A stretch of DNA of 15,254 nucleotides from a virus, in the UHGV virus genome UHGV-0297988; one strand, 5' to 3'. The stretch's first letter is position 1. Every line of letters starts with the position of its first letter. The notes below the pieces were generated by a model. The model was not told where the DNA came from and did no database searches. It worked only from the letters and a program-made list of their open reading frames with translations. A program made the translations under genes and the position numbers. Below are positions 10,854 to 15,254 of the stretch, piece after piece.

Positions 10854-11276
10854 ATGTTCCTGAAAACAGAATCATTTGAACATAACGGCGTGACCGTCAC
10901 GCTTTCTGAACTGTCAGCCCTGCAGCGTATTGAGCATCTTGCCTGGTTGAAAGAGCAGGAAAAAAAGGCTGAATCCAGCGGCAACCAGCAGGTGTCTGTA
11001 GAGGATCTTATCAGAGGCGGGGCGTTTCTGGTGGCGATGTCTCTGTGGCATAACCATCCGCAGAAGACAAAGCTGCCGTCCATGAATGAAGCCATTACGC
11101 AGATTGAGCAGGAAGTGCTTACCACCTGGCCCACGGAGGCAATTGCTCAGGCTGAAAACGTGGTGTACCGGCTGTCCGGAATGTCTGAGTTTGTGGTGAA
11201 TAATTCCCCTGAACAGGCAGATGACGCCGGGCCTGCAGAGCCTGTTTCTGCGGGAAAGTGTTCGACGGTGAGCTGA
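10854..11276 (+). CDS. G: Tail assembly chaperone gpG
   Basis: 140-aa ORF MFLKTESFEHNGVTVTLSELSALQRIEHLAWLKEQEKK...; lambda gpG length and sequence; the slippery heptamer lies 6 codons before its stop. Confidence 0.94.
   Translation: MFLKTESFEHNGVTVTLSELSALQRIEHLAWLKEQEKKAESSGNQQVSVEDLIRGGAFLVAMSLWHNHPQKTKLPSMNEAITQIEQEVLTTWPTEAIAQAENVVYRLSGMSEFVVNNSPEQADDAGPAEPVSAGKCSTVS
11252..11258 (+). promoter_or_regulatory. Programmed -1 ribosomal frameshift slippery heptamer G GGA AAG
   Basis: GGGAAAG at 11252-11258 sits in the G frame as G|GGA|AAG (codons at 11253 and 11256). A -1 slip puts the next codon at 11258 (GTG), which continues into the 144-codon T frame ending 11692. Same heptamer and geometry as the lambda G-T frameshift. 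Confidence 0.9.
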
Positions 11277-11692
11277 GTTTTGCCCTGAAACTGGCGCGTG
11301 AGATGGGGCGACCCGACTGGCGCGCCATGCTTGCCGGGATGTCATCCACGGAGTATGCCGACTGGCACCGCTTTTACAGTACCCATTATTTTCATGATGT
11401 TCTGCTGGATATGCACTTTTCCGGGCTGACGTACACCGTGCTCAGCCTGTTTTTCAGCGATCCGGATATGCATCCGCTGGATTTCAGTCTGCTTAACCGG
11501 CGCGAGGCTGACGAAGAGCCTGAAGATGATGTGCTGATGCAGAAAGCAGCAGGGCTTGCCGGAGGCGTTCGTTTTGGCCCGGACGGGAATGAAGTTATCC
11601 CCGCTTCCCCGTATGTGGCGGACATGACGGAGGATGACGTAATGCTGATGACAGTATCAGAAGGGATTGCAGGAGGAGTCCGGTATGGCTGA
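11258..11692 (+). CDS. T: Tail assembly protein T frame; expressed as gpG-T fusion by -1 frameshift (join 10854..11257 with 11258..11692)
   Basis: -1 frame ORF overlapping the last 19 nt of G, translating FDGELSFALKLAREMGRPDWRAMLAGMSSTEYADWHRFY...; no independent RBS, consistent with frameshift-only expression as in lambda. Confidence 0.9.
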   Translation: MFDGELSFALKLAREMGRPDWRAMLAGMSSTEYADWHRFYSTHYFHDVLLDMHFSGLTYTVLSLFFSDPDMHPLDFSLLNRREADEEPEDDVLMQKAAGLAGGVRFGPDGNEVIPASPYVADMTEDDVMLMTVSEGIAGGVRYG

Positions 11693-14243
11693 ACCGGTAG
11701 GCGATCTGGTCGTTGATTTAAGTCTGGATGCGGCCAGATTTGACGAGCAGATGGCCAGAGTCAGGCGTCATTTTTTCGGTACGGAAAGTGATGCGAAAAA
11801 AACAGCGGCAGTCGTTGAACAGTCGCTGAGCCGACAGGCGCTGGCTGCACAGAAAGCGGGGATTTCCGTCGGGCAGTATAAAGCCGCCATGCGTATGCTG
11901 CCTGCACAGTTCACCGACGTGGCCACGCAGCTTGCAGGCGGGCAAAGCCCGTGGCTGATCCTGCTGCAACAGGGTGGTCAGGTTAAGGACTCCTTCGGCG
12001 GGATGATCCCCATGTTCAGGGGGCTTGCCGGTGCGATCACCATGCCGATGGTCGGGGCCACCTCGCTGGCGGTGGCGACCGGTGCGCTGGCGTATGCCTG
12101 GTATCAGGGGGACTCAACCCTGTCCGATTTCAACAAAACGCTGGTCCTTTCCGGCAATCAGGCGGGACTGACGGCAGATCGTATTCTGGCCCTGTCCAGA
12201 GCCGGGCAGGCGGCAGGGCTGACGTTTAACCAGACCAGCGAGTCACTGACGGCGCTGGTGAATGCAGGTGTGCGTGGTGGTGAGCAGTTTGAGGCGATCA
12301 GCCAGAGTGTGGCGCGTTTCTCCTCTGCATCCGGCGTGGAGGTGGACAAGGTCGCTGAAGCCTTCGGGAAGCTGACCACAGACCCGACGTCGGGACTGAC
12401 AGCGATGGCACGTCAGTTCCATAACGTGACGGCGGAGCAGATTGCGTATGTTGCTCAGTTGCAGCGTTCCGGAGATGAAGCCGGGGCATTGCAGGCGGCG
12501 AACGAGGCCGCAACGAAAGGGTTTGATGACCAGACCCGACGCCTGAAAGAGAACATGGGCACGCTGGAAACCTGGGCAGACAGGACAGCACGGGCATTCA
12601 AATCCATGTGGGATGCGGTGCTGGATATTGGTCGTCCTGATACCGCTCAGGAGATGCTGATTAAGGCAGAGGCTGCGTTTAAGAAAGCAGACGACATCTG
12701 GAATCTGCGCAAGGATGATTATTTTGTTAACGATGAAGCGCGGGCGCGTTACTGGGATGATCGTGAAAAGGCCCGTCTTGCGCTTGAAGCCGCCCGAAAG
12801 AAGGCTGAGCAGCAGACTCAACAGGACAAAAATGCGCAGCAGCAGAGCGATACCGAAGCGTCACAGCTGAAATATACCGAAGAGGCGCAGAAGGCTTACG
12901 AACGGCTGCAGACGCCGCTGGAGAAATATACCGCCCGTCAGGAAGAACTGAACAAGGCACTGAAAGACGGGAAAATCCTGCAGGCGGATTACAACACGCT
13001 GATGGCGGCGGCGAAAAAGGATTATGAAGCGACGCTGAAAAAGCCGAAACAGTCCGGCGTGAAGGTGTCTGCGGGCGATCGTCAGGAAGACAGTGCTCAT
13101 GCTGCCCTGCTGACGCTTCAGGCTGAACTCCGGACGCTGGAGAAGCATGCCGGAGCAAATGAGAAAATTAGCCAGCAGCGCCGGGATTTGTGGAAGGCGG
13201 AGAGTCAGTTCGCGGTACTGGAGGAGGCGGCGCTACGTCGCCAGCTGTCTGCACAGGAGAAATCCCTGCTGGCGCATAAAGATGAGACGCTGGAGTACAA
13301 ACGCCAGCTGGCTGCACTTGGCGACAAGGTTACGTATCAGGAGCGCCTGAGCGCGCTGGCGCAGCAGGCGGATAAATTCGCACAGCAGCAACGGGCAAAA
13401 CGGGCCGCCATTGATGCGAAAAGCCGGGGGCTGACTGACCGGCAGGCAGAACGGGAAGCCACGGAACAGCGCCTGAAGGAACAGTATGGCGATAATCCGC
13501 TGGCGCTGAATAACGTCATGTCAGAGCAGAAAAAGACCTGGGCGGCTGAAGACCAGCTTCGCGGGAGCTGGATGGCAGGCCTGAAGTCCGGCTGGAGTGA
13601 GTGGGAAGAGAGCGCCACGGACAGTATGTCGCAGGTAAAAAGTGCAGCCACGCAGACCTTTGATGGTATTGCACAGAATATGGCAGCGATGCTGACCGGC
13701 AGTGAGCAGAACTGGCGCAGCTTCACCCGTTCCGTGCTGTCCATGATGACAGAAATTCTGCTTAAGCAGGCAATGGTGGGGATTGTCGGGAGTATCGGCA
13801 GCGCCATTGGCGGGGCTGTTGGTGGCGGCGCATCCGCGTCAGGCGGTACAGCCATTCAGGCCGCTGCGGCGAAATTCCATTTTGCAACCGGAGGATTCAC
13901 AGGAACCGGCGGCAAATATGAGCCAGCGGGGATTGTTCATCGTGGTGAATTTGTCTTCACGAAGGAGGCAACCAGCCGGATTGGTGTCGGCAACCTGTAC
14001 CGCCTGATGCGGGGCTATGCGGAAGGTGGTTATGTGGGCGGTGCCGGAAGTCCGGCGCAGATGCGGCGGGCTGAAGGCATTAATTTTAATCAGAACAATC
14101 ACGTGGTGATTCAGAACGACGGTACGAATGGTCTGCCAGGTCCACAGATGATGAAGGCAGTGTATGACATGGCCCGCAAGGGTGCCCGTGATGAAATTCA
14201 GGCACAGATGCGCGATGGTGGTCTGTTCTCCGGAGGTGGATGA
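11685..14243 (+). CDS. H: Tail tape measure protein gpH
   Basis: 852-aa ORF from ATG 11685 (MAEPVGDLVVDLSLDAARFDEQMARVRRHF...) with AGGAGGA at 11671-11677; overlaps the T stop by 8 nt as in lambda. Long Ala/Gln/Lys/Glu-rich helical middle and a Gly-rich hydrophobic segment near the C-terminus. The track ORF begins at an upstream TTG (11667) that I reject. Confidence 0.95.
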   Translation: MAEPVGDLVVDLSLDAARFDEQMARVRRHFFGTESDAKKTAAVVEQSLSRQALAAQKAGISVGQYKAAMRMLPAQFTDVATQLAGGQSPWLILLQQGGQVKDSFGGMIPMFRGLAGAITMPMVGATSLAVATGALAYAWYQGDSTLSDFNKTLVLSGNQAGLTADRILALSRAGQAAGLTFNQTSESLTALVNAGVRGGEQFEAISQSVARFSSASGVEVDKVAEAFGKLTTDPTSGLTAMARQFHNVTAEQIAYVAQLQRSGDEAGALQAANEAATKGFDDQTRRLKENMGTLETWADRTARAFKSMWDAVLDIGRPDTAQEMLIKAEAAFKKADDIWNLRKDDYFVNDEARARYWDDREKARLALEAARKKAEQQTQQDKNAQQQSDTEASQLKYTEEAQKAYERLQTPLEKYTARQEELNKALKDGKILQADYNTLMAAAKKDYEATLKKPKQSGVKVSAGDRQEDSAHAALLTLQAELRTLEKHAGANEKISQQRRDLWKAESQFAVLEEAALRRQLSAQEKSLLAHKDETLEYKRQLAALGDKVTYQERLSALAQQADKFAQQQRAKRAAIDAKSRGLTDRQAEREATEQRLKEQYGDNPLALNNVMSEQKKTWAAEDQLRGSWMAGLKSGWSEWEESATDSMSQVKSAATQTFDGIAQNMAAMLTGSEQNWRSFTRSVLSMMTEILLKQAMVGIVGSIGSAIGGAVGGGASASGGTAIQAAAAKFHFATGGFTGTGGKYEPAGIVHRGEFVFTKEATSRIGVGNLYRLMRGYAEGGYVGGAGSPAQMRRAEGINFNQNNHVVIQNDGTNGLPGPQMMKAVYDMARKGARDEIQAQMRDGGLFSGGG

Positions 14244-14572
14244 TGAAGACCTTCCGCTGGAAAGTGAAACCCGGTATGGATGTGGTTTCGGCCCCTTCCG
14301 TCAGGAAAGTGCGCTTTGGTGATGGCTATTCCCAGCGAGCGCCTGCCGGGCTGAACGCTGACCTGAAAACGTACAGCGTGACGCTGTCTGTCTCCCGTGA
14401 GGAGGCCACGGCGCTGGAGTCGTTTCTGGCTGAGCACGGGGGCTGGAAAGCCTTTCTGTGGACGCCGCCTTATGAGTGGTGGCAGATAAAGGTGACCTGC
14501 GCAAAATGGTCGTCGCGGGTCAGTATGCTGCGTGTTGAGTTCAGCGCAGAGTTTGAACAGGTGGTGAACTGA
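14243..14572 (+). CDS. M: Tail tip assembly protein gpM
   Basis: 109-aa product MKTFRWKVKPGMDVVSAPSVRKVRFGDGYSQRAPAGLNA... from ATG 14243, matching lambda gpM length. The alternative ATG at 14240 (MMKTF...) is only 3 nt from the GGAGG at 14232-14236. Confidence 0.9.
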   Translation: MKTFRWKVKPGMDVVSAPSVRKVRFGDGYSQRAPAGLNADLKTYSVTLSVSREEATALESFLAEHGGWKAFLWTPPYEWWQIKVTCAKWSSRVSMLRVEFSAEFEQVVN

Positions 14573-15254
14573 TGCAGGATATCCGGCAGGAAACATTGAA
14601 TGAATGCACCCGTGCGGAGCAGTCGGCCAGCGTGGTGCTCTGGGAAATTGACCTGACAGAGGTCGGTGGAGAATGTTATTTTTTCTGTAATGAGCAGAAC
14701 GAAAAAGGTGAGCCGGTCACCTGGCAGGGGCGACAGTATCAGCCGTATCCCATTCAGGGGAGTGGTTTTGAACTGAATGGCAAAGGCACCAGTACGCGCC
14801 CCACACTGACGGTTTCTAACCTGTACGGTATGGTCACCGGGATGGCGGAAGATCTGCAGAGTCTGGTCGGTGGAACGGTGGTCCGGCGTAAGGTTTACGC
14901 CCGTTTTCTGGATGCGGTGAACTTCGTCAACGGAAACAGTGGCGCCGATCCGGAGCAGGAGGTGATCAGCCGCTGGCGCATTGAGCAGTGCAGCGAACTG
15001 AGCGCGGTGAGTGCCTCTTTTGTACTGTCCACGCCGACGGAAACGGACGGTGCTGTTTTTCCGGGACGTATCATGCTGTCCAACACCTGCACCTGGACCT
15101 ATCGCGGTGACGAGTGCGGTTATAGCGGTCCGGCTGTCGCGGATGAATATGACCAGCCAACGTCCGATATCACGAAGGATAAATGCAGCAAATGCCTGAG
15201 CGGTTGTAAGTTCCGCAATAACGTCGGCAACTTTGGCGGCTTCCTTTCCATTAA
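14572..15254 (+). CDS. L: Tail tip protein gpL, 3'-truncated by the window edge (about 16 nt missing)
   Basis: ATG at 14572 overlaps the M stop by 1 nt (TGATG); translation MQDIRQETLNECTRAEQSASVVLWEIDLTEVGGE... is open to the end of the window and includes the Cys cluster CTWTYRGDECGYSG...CSKCLSGC. Absent from the ORF track because it has no stop codon in the window. Confidence 0.93.
   Translation, partial: MQDIRQETLNECTRAEQSASVVLWEIDLTEVGGECYFFCNEQNEKGEPVTWQGRQYQPYPIQGSGFELNGKGTSTRPTLTVSNLYGMVTGMAEDLQSLVGGTVVRRKVYARFLDAVNFVNGNSGADPEQEVISRWRIEQCSELSAVSASFVLSTPTETDGAVFPGRIMLSNTCTWTYRGDECGYSGPAVADEYDQPTSDITKDKCSKCLSGCKFRNNVGNFGGFLSI

Noticed and set aside
10985-11000. Near-Chi sequence TCTGGTGG inside G
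   Set aside because: Differs from the Chi octamer GCTGGTGG at the first base; I found no exact Chi in either orientation by eye, which fits lambda-like phages lacking Chi.
11667-11684. TTG start extending H by 6 codons
   Set aside because: The ATG at 11685 is preceded by AGGAGGA at good spacing and matches the lambda gpH N-terminus; the TTG overlaps the RBS itself.
14240-14242. Alternative ATG start for M giving MMKTF...
   Set aside because: Only 3 nt from the GGAGG motif, which is too close for efficient initiation; ATG 14243 gives the 109-aa lambda-length product. Not fully excluded.
11667-14243. Antisense ORFs inside H (for example 12243..12821, 12727..13158, 13337..13855, minus strand)
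   Set aside because: Contained within the tape measure gene and rich in Arg/Pro/Ser as expected for reverse frames of GC-rich, Ala/Gln-rich coding sequence.

Overview
This window is the packaging and head-tail morphogenesis module of a lambda-like (lambdoid) siphovirus, read here as a prophage or circular/concatemeric form because the cohesive-end site (cos) lies inside the window rather than at an end. From memory of the phage lambda reference, the sequence is near-identical to lambda; I could not run an alignment. Order on the + strand: cos (cosQ/cosN/cosB, about 1114-1307), then Nu1, A, W, B, C with nested Nu3, D, E, FI, FII, Z, U, V, G, T (made as a G-T fusion by -1 frameshift), H, M and the 5' part of L, which runs off the 3' edge. 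Genes are tightly packed with many start/stop overlaps. Upstream of cos (1-1000) is the most accessory-like part: two minus-strand genes, antisense to the late operon, one of them in visibly AT-rich DNA. I see no rRNA, tRNA, CRISPR array or transposon signature. I do not find a convincingly novel system: almost everything is explained by the canonical lambda late module. The features most worth a second look are the low-GC antisense cassette next to cos, two terminator-like hairpins flanking the major capsid gene E, and the G-T frameshift site.
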